Shown piece by piece: positions 28,548 through 37,808 of a stretch of 64,000 nucleotides of DNA (positions within the stretch are counted from its first letter, which is position 1; the number at the start of each line of letters is the position of its first letter). Position numbers and translations under genes: made by a program. The notes beneath the pieces were generated by a model that did no database searches, was not told where the DNA came from, and worked only from the letters and a program-made list of their open reading frames with translations. The stretch is from Candidatus Falkowbacteria bacterium (GTDB lineage Bacteria; Patescibacteriota; Patescibacteriia; UBA11705; JABHMO01). The DNA lies in assembly GCA_018674305.1 (NCBI GenBank), contig JABHAL010000001.1, forward strand, positions 68,635 to 132,634, in the 5' to 3' direction.

Positions 28548-29711
28548 CTATTTTTCGCAAGTTGACCCACTAAACCAACCCAAGTCCACAAAAATCTTAA
28601 CTTGCCCCTCTCCACGAGCCAAGCCTTGCAAAGCCTTGCCAACTACAGTAGCTGGATCAACTGCTTTCATTCCCACACCTGCTGTACTGGATGCTGTAAC
28701 CCAATCGCCAGGATTAATTGGGCCATTTTCTGTATTAACTTTAACCGGCACAATTCCGGCCAAAGCTACTGGTTGACCATTAACGTATTGTGCGTCATTT
28801 AATGTCATTGAAGGGGAAGTTGAAACTACCCCAATAACTGTTGCACTTCGCTTTGTTGCTTTAATTAATTCTAATTGCTGATTAGTCGCGACAATTTCAC
28901 CCGCGTCTACCCTTTGCGCCATTGTTAAGGCTTCAGCTAAATCACCACAACCGCTGCAACCACTCTGAACAGTTAAACCTCCATTAACATATACATTACC
29001 CTCAAAATGAGCAGCTAATTGTTTTCCATACGCTTTTAACCCAACATCAGTTTTTCCCAATTCAGTATAACTGGTGACCTGTTGATGAGAATTTAGATTT
29101 GCAGCTCTTAAACCTATAGGTTGTCCATTATCAAAATATGTCAGAGAAGTTTCACTGCGCTTTCTATTACTTGAATTGACTAAAATCGAAGTTAAACCTT
29201 TTTCCTTTGCCTGGATACTCAAACCTGTACTATTACTCCCGACAGAAGCTCCCAGGTCCGAACCAAAAATATAAGCGCCGGTAGCGCCACTATATATGAA
29301 AGCGCCGACCCCAGTTGTTGCATAATTCATTGCCCTAACACCTGTTGAATTGGAACTATAAATTTCAGTATTAAATCCTATGCTAGCATCCTTTTTTATA
29401 TTCGAGTAAAATGAAAACTTTGGCATTCCCATAAAAGTCGAAATACTTTGATCGCTATTATTTACTTTAATTCCACCATAAACACTTTGTTTAATTGCCA
29501 AGGAATAACCAGACCCAGGATCTGCACCCATGAGACCTAACGAACCTTGTTTAATCTGCTTGTTAACACTAATGTTTAGTGGTGGCTCAACATTGCCCGC
29601 AGGTGGAGATTTAATCGGTTCTGTCCAAGCAGAAGCTTGATTCAACATTAAGACACAACCAAACGAGGTTGCTAAAAACACAAAAGCTAACATGAAATAT
29701 GTTTTCTTCAT
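28548..29711 (-). CDS. secreted hypothetical protein
   Basis: Signal peptide; Gly/Ser/Thr-rich beta-type composition; no recognised motif. Confidence 0.5.
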   Translation of the reverse strand: MKKTYFMLAFVFLATSFGCVLMLNQASAWTEPIKSPPAGNVEPPLNISVNKQIKQGSLGLMGADPGSGYSLAIKQSVYGGIKVNNSDQSISTFMGMPKFSFYSNIKKDASIGFNTEIYSSNSTGVRAMNYATTGVGAFIYSGATGAYIFGSDLGASVGSNSTGLSIQAKEKGLTSILVNSSNRKRSETSLTYFDNGQPIGLRAANLNSHQQVTSYTELGKTDVGLKAYGKQLAAHFEGNVYVNGGLTVQSGCSGCGDLAEALTMAQRVDAGEIVATNQQLELIKATKRSATVIGVVSTSPSMTLNDAQYVNGQPVALAGIVPVKVNTENGPINPGDWVTASSTAGVGMKAVDPATVVGKALQGLARGEGQVKIFVDLGWFSGSTCEK

Positions 29712-29821
29712 ACTTGACCGTTTTTTAGTTTTACAATTTTCTTCTCATTTAATTATACCATCATTTAACTTAAGTCACAATTTATGTTATAATTTTATGG
29801 CTGATTATTAATTATAATTCT

Positions 29822-30340
29822 ATGAACAATCTTTTAACTTGGACAATTGTTATCATTTTAATCATAATGGTTGGTTTTATCTGTTTACTAGCTGGAATCT
29901 ATGTTGGGAAAAATATTCTAGCAAATGACAAAATTGAACAAGCTCAACAAGTTGCGGTTCAAGAATTTGCAGAGCAAGTCAAACAACTACCAGTTTTTAA
30001 CTTGATGCCCAGTCAACCAGATGATTTAATTCACGCTACAATCAAATCTATTTCCAATCAAACCATAACTGTTGCCTCTGAAATAAGAACTATTGATGAT
30101 ATTATAAAAGACCAGCCACGGGAATTGAAATTCAAAGTTACGCCAAATACTAAAATTTTCTATATTAAAATTAATCAGGATATTGCCTTTTCAGAAGGAC
30201 TAGACTTCAACTCAATTGCCCAGGAAATGCCACTTGCACTGGAGGACCTACAAATCAATGACCAAGCATCTATCAAGATTAATCCACAAGACAAAGACAA
30301 CCCTTTGATTAATGCACTAGAAATTAAAGTAAACCGATAA
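29822..30340 (+). CDS. N-terminally membrane-anchored hypothetical protein
   Basis: 172-aa ORF, single N-terminal TM. Confidence 0.5.
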   Translation: MNNLLTWTIVIILIIMVGFICLLAGIYVGKNILANDKIEQAQQVAVQEFAEQVKQLPVFNLMPSQPDDLIHATIKSISNQTITVASEIRTIDDIIKDQPRELKFKVTPNTKIFYIKINQDIAFSEGLDFNSIAQEMPLALEDLQINDQASIKINPQDKDNPLINALEIKVNR

Positions 30341-30353
30341 ACTACAAAAAAAA

Positions 30354-30410
30354 CTTCCACCTCGTCATTCCGAACTCGATCCGGAATCTAAGGTGGAAGT
30401 TTTTTTATTT
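30354..30410. terminator. bidirectional terminator (cttccacct..aggtggaag with nested hairpin, T8 both sides)
   Basis: Between convergent 29822-30340 (+) and dnaJ (-). Confidence 0.6.
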
Positions 30411-30418
30411 AGATAATT

Positions 30419-31516
30419 TTAATCTTCCTGCTTCAACTCTTGCAATAATCTTTTCTGTCTTCTACTTAATTTTTTAGGAACTTGAACTTCAACCTCAACA
30501 TATAAATCACCACGTCCAGGTGAATTCAAATAAGTAACGCCTTTATCACGCACTCTGAATCTAGTCCCTGGTTGCGTTCCAGCTGGAATCTTGAGACTAA
30601 GTTCACCGTCTAAAGTTTTCACATCAATCTTATCGCCCAGTGAAGCCTGAACAAATGAAATTGATTCTTTTACATGAATGTCATTACCATGTCGTCTATA
30701 CCTACTCTCAGCCTTAACATGAACCCTCACATACAAATCTCCTGGATGACCACCATAAGGGGCAGCATTGCCCTTGCCAGTTAATCTAATTGCGGAACCA
30801 CCTTCGATACCGGCAGGGATTTCCAATTCAAGACTTTGTTTTTTTCTAGCAACTCCCTGGCCACTACACTTAGTACATGGTTTTTCAGCTTTTTTACCCT
30901 CGCCATTACACTCCTGACAAACACTTGCAGTCTGAAATGCACCTAACATAGTTTGCTGTACTTTACTAACCTGTCCTTGTCCCTTACAAGTAGTACAAGT
31001 TTTGATCGGAGTACCAGGTTCAGCCATGTTTCCATTACAATGCTCACACTTTACAGTTTTGAATAGTTCAACTTGCTTTTTTATACCAAAAACTGAATCC
31101 TTGAAACTTATTTGTAAATCAATTTGAATATCTTCACCGTGACTTTGTTGCCTAGAACGAGACCCTCCACCAAAACCAAACATATCACCAAAAATATCTC
31201 CCAAATCCAATCCACCAAAATCAAATTTAACACCCCCGCCACCGCCACTTCTAGCCTGCCGCATAAAATCACCCCAATTCATACCACCGCCAAAGCCACC
31301 TTGTTGGTCAAATGTTGTACCATACTGATCATATTGTTGACGTTTTTCTGGCTTTCCAAGGACTTGATAAGCTTCATTTATTTCCTTAAATTTGGCTTCA
31401 TTGCCGGTTTCCTTATCTGGATGATGCTTATGTGCCAATTTACGAAAAGCGCGCTTAACTTCATCTTGAGTAGCGCTTTTATCAATTCCTAAAATTTTGT
31501 AATAATCTTTTCCCAT
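30419..31516 (-). CDS. dnaJ: chaperone DnaJ
   Basis: J-domain HPD, G/F-rich linker, four CxxCxGxG zinc-finger repeats. Confidence 0.9.
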   Translation of the reverse strand: MGKDYYKILGIDKSATQDEVKRAFRKLAHKHHPDKETGNEAKFKEINEAYQVLGKPEKRQQYDQYGTTFDQQGGFGGGMNWGDFMRQARSGGGGGVKFDFGGLDLGDIFGDMFGFGGGSRSRQQSHGEDIQIDLQISFKDSVFGIKKQVELFKTVKCEHCNGNMAEPGTPIKTCTTCKGQGQVSKVQQTMLGAFQTASVCQECNGEGKKAEKPCTKCSGQGVARKKQSLELEIPAGIEGGSAIRLTGKGNAAPYGGHPGDLYVRVHVKAESRYRRHGNDIHVKESISFVQASLGDKIDVKTLDGELSLKIPAGTQPGTRFRVRDKGVTYLNSPGRGDLYVEVEVQVPKKLSRRQKRLLQELKQED

Positions 31517-31518
31517 AT

Positions 31519-31947
31519 TTAACTTTTCTGAAAATAATTAAATTCTTTTAACTGTTCTTCAACTTCAGTTTCCGTTAAAAAGAAATTCTCACTTTCATCT
31601 TCTTTAATTTGAACCGGATCTGGGTTTTGAAAATTGAACTCATCAGATCGAATAGTTTTAATTTTATTTTTTCGAGCAATGTATTTTAATTCTTTGTCTG
31701 AGGTGACCAAAATGTAATATGACGGATTATCGCATGTCTCAACGATTTCGGCAATAGACTTATCCGCATCACCTGCAAATTCTACCTGAACAAGTTCGGT
31801 GTTCAAGTTTTCATTTGAATAACCATCAAACACTATTTTTGCTCTCTTTTTACGGTAAACACAAAATTTGTTCAGAGATGAAATTAATTCTTCTCGAGTA
31901 TCAAGATCTGTAGAATATAGTAGGTTGTAACCGTCGACTAAGTACAT
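31519..31947 (-). CDS. YacP-like NYN-domain ribonuclease (Rae1-like)
   Basis: MYLVDGYNLL N-terminus and NYN-fold acidic residues; immediately upstream of dnaJ. Confidence 0.65.
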   Translation of the reverse strand: MYLVDGYNLLYSTDLDTREELISSLNKFCVYRKKRAKIVFDGYSNENLNTELVQVEFAGDADKSIAEIVETCDNPSYYILVTSDKELKYIARKNKIKTIRSDEFNFQNPDPVQIKEDESENFFLTETEVEEQLKEFNYFQKS

Positions 31948-31966
31948 AAGTGATTACTGAATTTAC

Positions 31967-31984
31967 CTGCCTGCCGGCAGGCAG
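31967..31984. promoter_or_regulatory. perfect 18-bp GC-rich palindrome ctgcctgccggcaggcag in the leader of the YacP-dnaJ unit
   Basis: Direct reading; ~20 nt 5' of the YacP start codon. Confidence 0.3.
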
Positions 31985-32119
31985 ACTGATATACTGATGA
32001 ACCAAGGAATAATTGCCAAAGTTGGCAGTATGTCAATATTAAGCAGTCTTGACTTTGACTAAATTTAGATAAATTTGAGCATTATTCATACGTCATAATT
32101 CATAATTCATTACTCGCCC

Positions 32120-32148
32120 TTGACTTTTTATTAAAAATATGCTATAAT
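32120..32148 (+). promoter_or_regulatory. promoter TTGACT-17-TATAAT (TGcTATAAT), near-duplicate of the 25743 promoter
   Basis: ttgactttttattaaaaatatgctataat. Confidence 0.55.
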
Positions 32149-32182
32149 GTAATTGAAAATATAATAATGTTCCTTTCACTTT

Positions 32183-32227
32183 GGCAGCTATGCCTGGGCT
32201 AAATCCCCAATAATAGCAGGAAATTTA
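32183..32227 (+). repeat. leader element copy 1 (ggcagctatgccTggg..ccccaataatagcaggaaat) ending at a start codon
   Basis: ~80% identical to copy 2 at 32334-32380. Confidence 0.45.
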
Positions 32228-32323
32228 ATGATAGACGATCCTTCGTCTCCCGTATTCAAGGCATTTCTGTGGTACCTGGCTTTTTCTGCAGTGCTTTTCA
32301 TCATTGGTGGCATTTTCGGTTAA
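32228..32323 (+). CDS. 31-aa hydrophobic micro-protein MIDDPSSPVFKAFLWYLAFSAVLFIIGGIFG (not in ORF track)
   Basis: ATG preceded by the conserved leader element and AGGAA; single predicted TM helix. Confidence 0.3.
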   Translation: MIDDPSSPVFKAFLWYLAFSAVLFIIGGIFG

Positions 32324-32333
32324 CTTATCTTTA

Positions 32334-32380
32334 GGCAGCTATGCCAGGGACGTATGTGCCCATAATAGCAAGGAATAATC
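32334..32380 (+). repeat. leader element copy 2 (ggcagctatgccAggg..cccataatagcaaggaataatc) ending at the ATG of 32381
   Basis: See copy 1. Confidence 0.45.
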
Positions 32381-32929
32381 ATGAAACTTATCAATGCCCT
32401 TCTCATTGCTGTTGTTCTGTTGGTTGGTCTCTCTGGTTGCGATTTCGGTGGAGAGGAAAATTCCACTGAGACTACTGAATTGTCAGAAGAGATGACAACT
32501 GTCGAGACGGTCGAAGTACCCGAGACCGAGATTTACGTCTCGGTGATGGGCTGTTTCCCCGTTCTGAAAAGTGACATAGACATGGGCGTCTACCCGACTT
32601 GGACCGGTACAGTAACGTACAAAACGCCCAGTCCTGGGCAAGCCGGCACCAAGGTAGTTAGTATCACCGGTCTTCCGGTCAACATGCACGGTTGCTTTGT
32701 TGGTCCGTATGTAAAACTGGAAGACTTGGAAATCGGGTTCTGGATTTACACCTCTGATTTCTACGAAGGACTGGATGACTACCGAATTCCGAATTTAGCG
32801 GAACTGCGGATCGCCACGTTCACAGCCGGCGTCGAAGACTATGACCTGGAAACAAAAGAGGTCAACTTCGGCGATTTGGAAGAAAATGGCTTTCCTATCT
32901 GGGACGCCAACACTTACCCGAACAGATAA
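32381..32929 (+). CDS. lipoprotein, function unknown; markedly G+C-rich
   Basis: Lipobox LVGLSGC; acidic linker; codon usage G/C-ending unlike flanks. Confidence 0.55.
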   Translation: MKLINALLIAVVLLVGLSGCDFGGEENSTETTELSEEMTTVETVEVPETEIYVSVMGCFPVLKSDIDMGVYPTWTGTVTYKTPSPGQAGTKVVSITGLPVNMHGCFVGPYVKLEDLEIGFWIYTSDFYEGLDDYRIPNLAELRIATFTAGVEDYDLETKEVNFGDLEENGFPIWDANTYPNR

Positions 32930-32941
32930 AGGAGAAATAAC

Positions 32942-33631
32942 ATGAATTGGAAACTGGCTATAATTATAGGGATCTGTTGTGGGTTCGGCATGGGTGTTGT
33001 TCTAACACTAGCTAGCTATGAGCCTAGTAAAGATTGCGTATGTGGGGAACCCAAGGCTCTCCTTATCGTCAAGTACGATAAGCTCCCCTTCGGTAATCAC
33101 GTCGGTACCCTTCACGGGACCAACTACGACCCGAAAAAGAATAAGGGAATCCCTTTCACTCAACAAGTCGAATCCATGAACAATGAACTGGTTTTTGAGA
33201 ATCTCGAACTCCCTGTCGGAACTCCGATGTGGATTCAGCTCTCGGACAACAAGGGAAAGAAACCCTCCTACGCCACGGTCTACGTAACAGGAGATCAGCC
33301 AGAGATTTACGAACTCGCGCTGAGCAACTACGACCCAGACAAAGGCTGGCAAATGGAACTTGGAATACTTCTCGAACACCCCAGGATCAAGAACAGCGGG
33401 CATGTCCTTTCAGAGGATGACAACCGTGTTCTTGGCTATCTTGGCGAGAACTACTCGATCGAGAGACATGGAGCATTGGCTACGCTTTACCGAAAAGGAC
33501 AAGTCGTTGCCAAAGAATACCATAAGTTCTACATCGACAACGGAATGGTTTTTGGTCAACTCAACGCACCGCATGAGACGATTGAGTTGGTTCTTCGACC
33601 GGAACGAATGCTGACACCACCGAACCTTTAG
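32942..33631 (+). CDS. membrane-anchored hypothetical protein; G+C-rich
   Basis: N-terminal TM; no recognised motif; same compositional island as 32381. Confidence 0.55.
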   Translation: MNWKLAIIIGICCGFGMGVVLTLASYEPSKDCVCGEPKALLIVKYDKLPFGNHVGTLHGTNYDPKKNKGIPFTQQVESMNNELVFENLELPVGTPMWIQLSDNKGKKPSYATVYVTGDQPEIYELALSNYDPDKGWQMELGILLEHPRIKNSGHVLSEDDNRVLGYLGENYSIERHGALATLYRKGQVVAKEYHKFYIDNGMVFGQLNAPHETIELVLRPERMLTPPNL

Positions 33632-33646
33632 AAATTCCTCAACAAG

Positions 33647-33684
33647 GAGCTCAACCTGAATCTAGGTTGGGCTCTTTTCTTTTT
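33647..33684 (+). terminator. intrinsic terminator (gagctcaacct..aggttgggctc + ttttcttttt)
   Basis: 3' of the G+C-rich gene pair. Confidence 0.55.
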
Positions 33685-33739
33685 AAAACAACTCAATAAA
33701 TAATTATCATGTTGAATGTTTTGTAACAACAACCCAAAT

Positions 33740-34157
33740 TGTCATGCTGAGTTTACCGAAGTACGACAATTATCATGGCTTAACTAAGACAGCCCTTCTG
33801 TATACTCAAGGTGACATGGGCTATTATAATTATTCTCATTTGCAATAGCAATCAAATCATCAATTCTACCCTCAATTAAAGCTATTTTTTTTCGTCTTGA
33901 CCAACCTTTAATCTGCTTTTCTAATGAGATAGCTTCATTTACATCATAAAAATCATTAGAATACACCAACTTAACAGGACGTCGACTATATGTATAACTT
34001 TTAGAGTTCAAACCTCTTTGATGACCAGACAATCTGGCATCCAAATCATTTGTAATTCCAGTGTAAAAACTACCATCAGAGCATTTTAAAATGTATGTGA
34101 AGTATGTTTTCATTTATAGTTGAGTAATGTCGTGCTTCGGTAAACTCAGCATGACAT
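33740..34157. mobile_element. candidate compact element: GIY-YIG nuclease gene bracketed by 29-bp inverted repeats (1 mismatch)
   Basis: Left tgtcatgctgagtttaccgaagtacgaca (33740-33768); right tgtcgtgcttcggtaaactcagcatgaca (34129-34157) is its reverse complement. Confidence 0.35.
33784..34113 (-). CDS. GIY-YIG family nuclease (standalone URI-domain protein)
   Basis: YFTYILKCSDGSFYTGITNDLDARLSGHQRG GIY-YIG signature; 109 aa. Confidence 0.75.
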   Translation of the reverse strand: MKTYFTYILKCSDGSFYTGITNDLDARLSGHQRGLNSKSYTYSRRPVKLVYSNDFYDVNEAISLEKQIKGWSRRKKIALIEGRIDDLIAIANENNYNSPCHLEYTEGLS

Positions 34158-34242
34158 TACTTTTTTTATTCACTCTTTTTTTCCTCAAAATCAGCCCCGA
34201 AGTACATGCTAACGCATGACTTCAGGGTAAACATCTTGAATA

Positions 34243-36228
34243 CTATTTTTTCTCTTCAAAATCTGCATCTTGAGTATTAGCGTCAGGCTCTGAGTTTGCT
34301 GAATCAGCACCTGAAGGATTATCAGATTCAGTGTTATTTTCTTTACTGGTTTCACTTGTCTCGCCGGTCTCGCTTGTCTTGCTGGTTTCACTTGTCTCGC
34401 TTGCCCCGTTTGTCTCACCTGCAGCTTGCTGTGCCTGATACATTGATTGACCAACTTTCATAGCGACTTCATTAACTTCTTCCAATTTTTTCTTTATAGC
34501 TTCAATATCTTCACCATCTTTAATTTTTTTCAATTCTTCAACTTTATCAGTTAACTCTTTTTTAACATCTTCTGGAACTTTATCACCTGAATCTTTCAAC
34601 ATTTTTTCTGTGCTATAACAAACAGCGTCAGCCTGATTTTTAATTTCAATCTGTTCTTTCTTTTTCTTGTCTTCCTCAGCGTGAGTTTCTGCATCTTTTT
34701 TCATTTTCTCAACTTCTTCCTTACTTAAACCAGAAGAAGCAGTAATTGTAATATTTTGCTCTTTATTGGATGCTTTATCTTTTGCCTTTACATTTAGAAT
34801 ACCATTAGCATCAATATCAAAACTGACTTCAACCTGAGGAACACCACGCGGTGCTGGCGGAAGACCATCAAGGATAAATCTACCTAAAGTTTTATTATCT
34901 TGAGCCATATCACGCTCGCCCTGCAATACATGAATCTCTACTGTACTTTGACTATCTGCAGCAGTTGAAAAAACCTGAGTTTTGGAAGTTGGAATAGTAG
35001 TATTTCTCTCAATTAATTTTGTCATTACTCCACCAAGAGTTTCTAGCCCAAGTGACAAAGGCGTTACGTCCAGCAAAAGAACATCTTTAACATCACCTTG
35101 AAGTACTCCGGCCTGAACAGCTGCACCTAGTGCTACAACTTCATCAGGATTAACTCCAACGTGTGGTTTTTTACCAAAAAATTCTTCAACCATTTTTTGT
35201 ACCAATGGCATCCTAGTCATACCACCAACCATAAGTATTTCTTCCAAATCTGAAACTTTCAGCCCAGCATCTGCTAAAGCTTTTTTACATGGTTCTAAGG
35301 TTCTTTCTACTAAAGGAGAAACTAATTCTTCTAGCTTCGCCCTGCTAACTTTTTTCACTAAGTGAGTTGGGTTCCCACTAGAATCTTGTGCAATAAAAGG
35401 TTGATTGATTTCAGTTTCCTGGGAAGTTGACAATTCAATCTTGGCTTTTTCAGCAGCTTCTTTAACTCGCTGCAAGGCCATTTGATCCTTACTTAGATCA
35501 ACGCCAGTTTCAGATTTAAACTCCTGAATTATCCAATCAATAATAACTTTATCAAAATCATCACCACCTAGATGAGTATCGCCATTAGTAGACTTTACTT
35601 CAACTGTATCATCTCCAACCTCTAAGATTGATACATCAAAAGTTCCACCACCAAGATCATAAACTGCTATTTGCTCACCTTTTTTCTTATCAAAACCATA
35701 AGCCAAAGCTGCGGCAGTTGGTTCATTAATAATTCTACGAACTTTAAGTCCAGCGATTTCACCAGCATCTTTCGTTGCTTGTCGTTGTGCGTCGTTAAAA
35801 TATGCAGGTACAGTAATTACAGCTTCATCAATTTTTTCACCTATTTTTTCTTCCGCATCAGTTTTTAATTTTTGCAGTAGCATAGCTGAAATTTCTTGTG
35901 GAGTATATTCCTTGTCTGCCATTTTAACCTTTACACCATCACCTGCTTGAACTAAGTCATAAGGGAGAGTTCCCTTATCTTTTTGAACTTCATCATCTGA
36001 AAAACGAAGTCCAATCATGCGTTTGATTGAAAACACTGTATCTTTTGGATTAGTAACTGCTTGCCTTTTGGCAGACAACCCAACTAAACGTTCACCAGTT
36101 TTGCCAATCGCAATAACTGAAGGAGTAGTCCTGTTTCCTTCTTTGTTTTCTAAAATTTTTGGCTTTCCCCCCTCCACAATAGCCATACAACTATTTGTTG
36201 TACCTAAATCGATTCCTAAGATTTTTCC
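34243..36228 (-). CDS. dnaK: chaperone DnaK (Hsp70); start at [14 protein letters not shown]
   Basis: [24 protein letters not shown] Hsp70 signatures; C-terminal ETSETSK low-complexity tail. Confidence 0.9.
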   Translation of the reverse strand, partial: GKILGIDLGTTNSCMAIVEGGKPKILENKEGNRTTPSVIAIGKTGERLVGLSAKRQAVTNPKDTVFSIKRMIGLRFSDDEVQKDKGTLPYDLVQAGDGVKVKMADKEYTPQEISAMLLQKLKTDAEEKIGEKIDEAVITVPAYFNDAQRQATKDAGEIAGLKVRRIINEPTAAALAYGFDKKKGEQIAVYDLGGGTFDVSILEVGDDTVEVKSTNGDTHLGGDDFDKVIIDWIIQEFKSETGVDLSKDQMALQRVKEAAEKAKIELSTSQETEINQPFIAQDSSGNPTHLVKKVSRAKLEELVSPLVERTLEPCKKALADAGLKVSDLEEILMVGGMTRMPLVQKMVEEFFGKKPHVGVNPDEVVALGAAVQAGVLQGDVKDVLLLDVTPLSLGLETLGGVMTKLIERNTTIPTSKTQVFSTAADSQSTVEIHVLQGERDMAQDNKTLGRFILDGLPPAPRGVPQVEVSFDIDANGILNVKAKDKASNKEQNITITASSGLSKEEVEKMKKDAETHAEEDKKKKEQIEIKNQADAVCYSTEKMLKDSGDKVPEDVKKELTDKVEELKKIKDGEDIEAIKKKLEEVNEVAMKVGQSMYQAQQAAGETNGASETSETSKTSETGETSETSKENNTESDNPSGADSANSEPDANTQDADFEEKK

Positions 36229-36322
36229 CATACTTATTTCAGAAACTAGCAATAGGAAGTTAGAAAATAGGGTTTATAGATCCTGCCTTTACCCGAGTTT
36301 CTAATTTCGAATCTCCAGTTTA

Positions 36323-36469
36323 TTATTTATTTGTATAAATTTCTTTGTTATTATTATCTTCATCAACATTGTTTAATTGACCAAAACTATAAGCTATACC
36401 CTTCAAGGTTCCAGCCAAACAAATATAGATTACAAGAAAACAGCTTCTAATTACCTTCATTAAAGTCAT
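36323..36469 (-). CDS. questionable small ORF between grpE and dnaK
   Basis: ORF only; may be non-coding spacer. Confidence 0.2.
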   Translation of the reverse strand: MTLMKVIRSCFLVIYICLAGTLKGIAYSFGQLNNVDEDNNNKEIYTNK

Positions 36470-36470
36470 A

Positions 36471-36998
36471 TTATTCAGAGTGATTAACAATGACTTTAGC
36501 CACTTGAACAACTTTATTGTTCAATGTATATCCAGAACGAATTTCTTTTATAATTTCACCCTCGTCTGCACTTGTTTCGTTTGGAGTGGCGGACGGATCG
36601 CAATCCGTCCCTACATTGTTTTCAACGGCTTCATGCAGGCTCGGATCAAACTGCTCACCCACTGTTTTGATACATTCAACGCCATTTTGTTGCAGAAAAT
36701 CCTCCAACTGCTTCTTTATGTAACCAAATCCAACTACCCATGGACTATCCTTATCATTTTCCGGAATCTGATTAAATGCAGTTTTAAAATTATCTAGAAT
36801 CGGCAGCAGCTCTACAATTAGATTAGCATTGGCATACTTGACGTATTCCTTGCGTTTTTCTTCAGACTCTTTGATTAGATTCTGATAATCTGCTTGTGCT
36901 CGCTTCCAACCATCAAGATATTCAACACTTTGTTGTTCTAACTTCTCCAATTTACTTAATTGTTTTTTTGCTTTTTTGTTTTCTTTCTTTTTTGTCAT
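36471..36998 (-). CDS. grpE: nucleotide exchange factor GrpE
   Basis: Coiled-coil N-terminus, DYQNLIKE-type motif, beta-sheet C-terminal domain. Confidence 0.8.
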   Translation of the reverse strand: MTKKKENKKAKKQLSKLEKLEQQSVEYLDGWKRAQADYQNLIKESEEKRKEYVKYANANLIVELLPILDNFKTAFNQIPENDKDSPWVVGFGYIKKQLEDFLQQNGVECIKTVGEQFDPSLHEAVENNVGTDCDPSATPNETSADEGEIIKEIRSGYTLNNKVVQVAKVIVNHSE

Positions 36999-37003
36999 AA
37001 TGA

Positions 37004-37696
37004 TTATTTTAATAATTTCACACTTTCTTTAACTAGAGCATAATTCTTTTGATAATCCATACGCATTGGACCAATCAAAGCGATTATTCCTTTATACTTG
37101 CCTAATTGATATTTAAATACAACTAAACTACAGTCACAACCAATTGGATTTTTCGAGCCAATAAATACTTCAGGTTCATCAAAGTCTTTTTCATCAAGTT
37201 CAAAGACTTTTGTATCAAGACGATCAATAACAGATGACAAATTAACCACTAAATCAGAGTTTTGAAATTCCGGCTGTGAAAAAATATTCGATAGTCCTGT
37301 GTAATAATTATCACACTCTGCAAAAGTAACCATCACGCCTTGCTTTGAAAGCGCAGCTATTTTCTTGGCAAAGTTTTTTATTTTAACTCGATCCTCAGTT
37401 TCCTGTTTTTCAATTTCCTCAAGTAACTTTTTTTCTATTGTATTCAATTCTTTTTCTTTATCTAAATAGTTTTCAACATAAAACTGATAAGCTTTTTCAG
37501 TTGGAATTCTACCAGCCGAAGTATGTGGTTGAAAAATATAGCCTTCCTTTTCAAGTGCAACTAATTCATTTCTCACCGTGGCAGGACTGAGTTTTTGTTT
37601 CATTTTGGCTACCAAAAAACTTGAAGCTAAAGGTTTAGCATCTTTAATAAATGCTTCAATAATCCGTTTTAATATTTTTCTTTGACGTTCATTCAT
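37004..37696 (-). CDS. hrcA: heat-inducible transcription repressor HrcA (short form)
   Basis: N-terminal winged-helix RQRKILKRIIEAFI..ATVRNELVALE HrcA pattern. Confidence 0.8.
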   Translation of the reverse strand: MNERQRKILKRIIEAFIKDAKPLASSFLVAKMKQKLSPATVRNELVALEKEGYIFQPHTSAGRIPTEKAYQFYVENYLDKEKELNTIEKKLLEEIEKQETEDRVKIKNFAKKIAALSKQGVMVTFAECDNYYTGLSNIFSQPEFQNSDLVVNLSSVIDRLDTKVFELDEKDFDEPEVFIGSKNPIGCDCSLVVFKYQLGKYKGIIALIGPMRMDYQKNYALVKESVKLLK

Positions 37697-37719
37697 ACTA
37701 ACACCATTCTAACAAAAAA

Positions 37720-37746
37720 TTAGCAGTCCTGTCAAGAGACTGCTAA
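37720..37746. promoter_or_regulatory. CIRCE-like operator TTAGCAGTC-N9-GACTGCTAA upstream of hrcA; -35 TTGACA lies in the N9 spacer on the minus strand
   Basis: Perfect 9-bp arms with 9-nt spacer vs consensus TTAGCACTC-N9-GAGTGCTAA. Confidence 0.65.
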
Positions 37747-37766
37747 TTATCTATCCACAAAAAGAA

Positions 37767-37800
37767 AAGTCGCTTCGATATTGTATCGAAGCGACTTTTA
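37767..37800 (-). terminator. intrinsic terminator for gene 37809-38591 (aagtcgcttcgata..tatcgaagcgactt + T-rich)
   Basis: Direct reading. Confidence 0.55.
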
Positions 37801-37808
37801 GTCATCAC

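Noticed and set aside
28548-29711. Possible phage tail-fibre / intramolecular-chaperone C-terminal domain in the secreted protein
   Set aside because: It rests only on a vague G/V/S-rich C-terminal resemblance. There are no phage genes nearby and no catalytic Ser-Lys dyad discernible.
34209-34454. 81-aa ORF overlapping the dnaK 3' end
   Set aside because: It lies out of frame inside the dnaK C-terminal repeat region (ETSETSK) and is proline/arginine low-complexity, so it is a frame artefact.
36017-36304. Plus-strand ORF overlapping the dnaK start
   Set aside because: It is antisense to the highly conserved dnaK N-terminus, so it is unlikely to be real.
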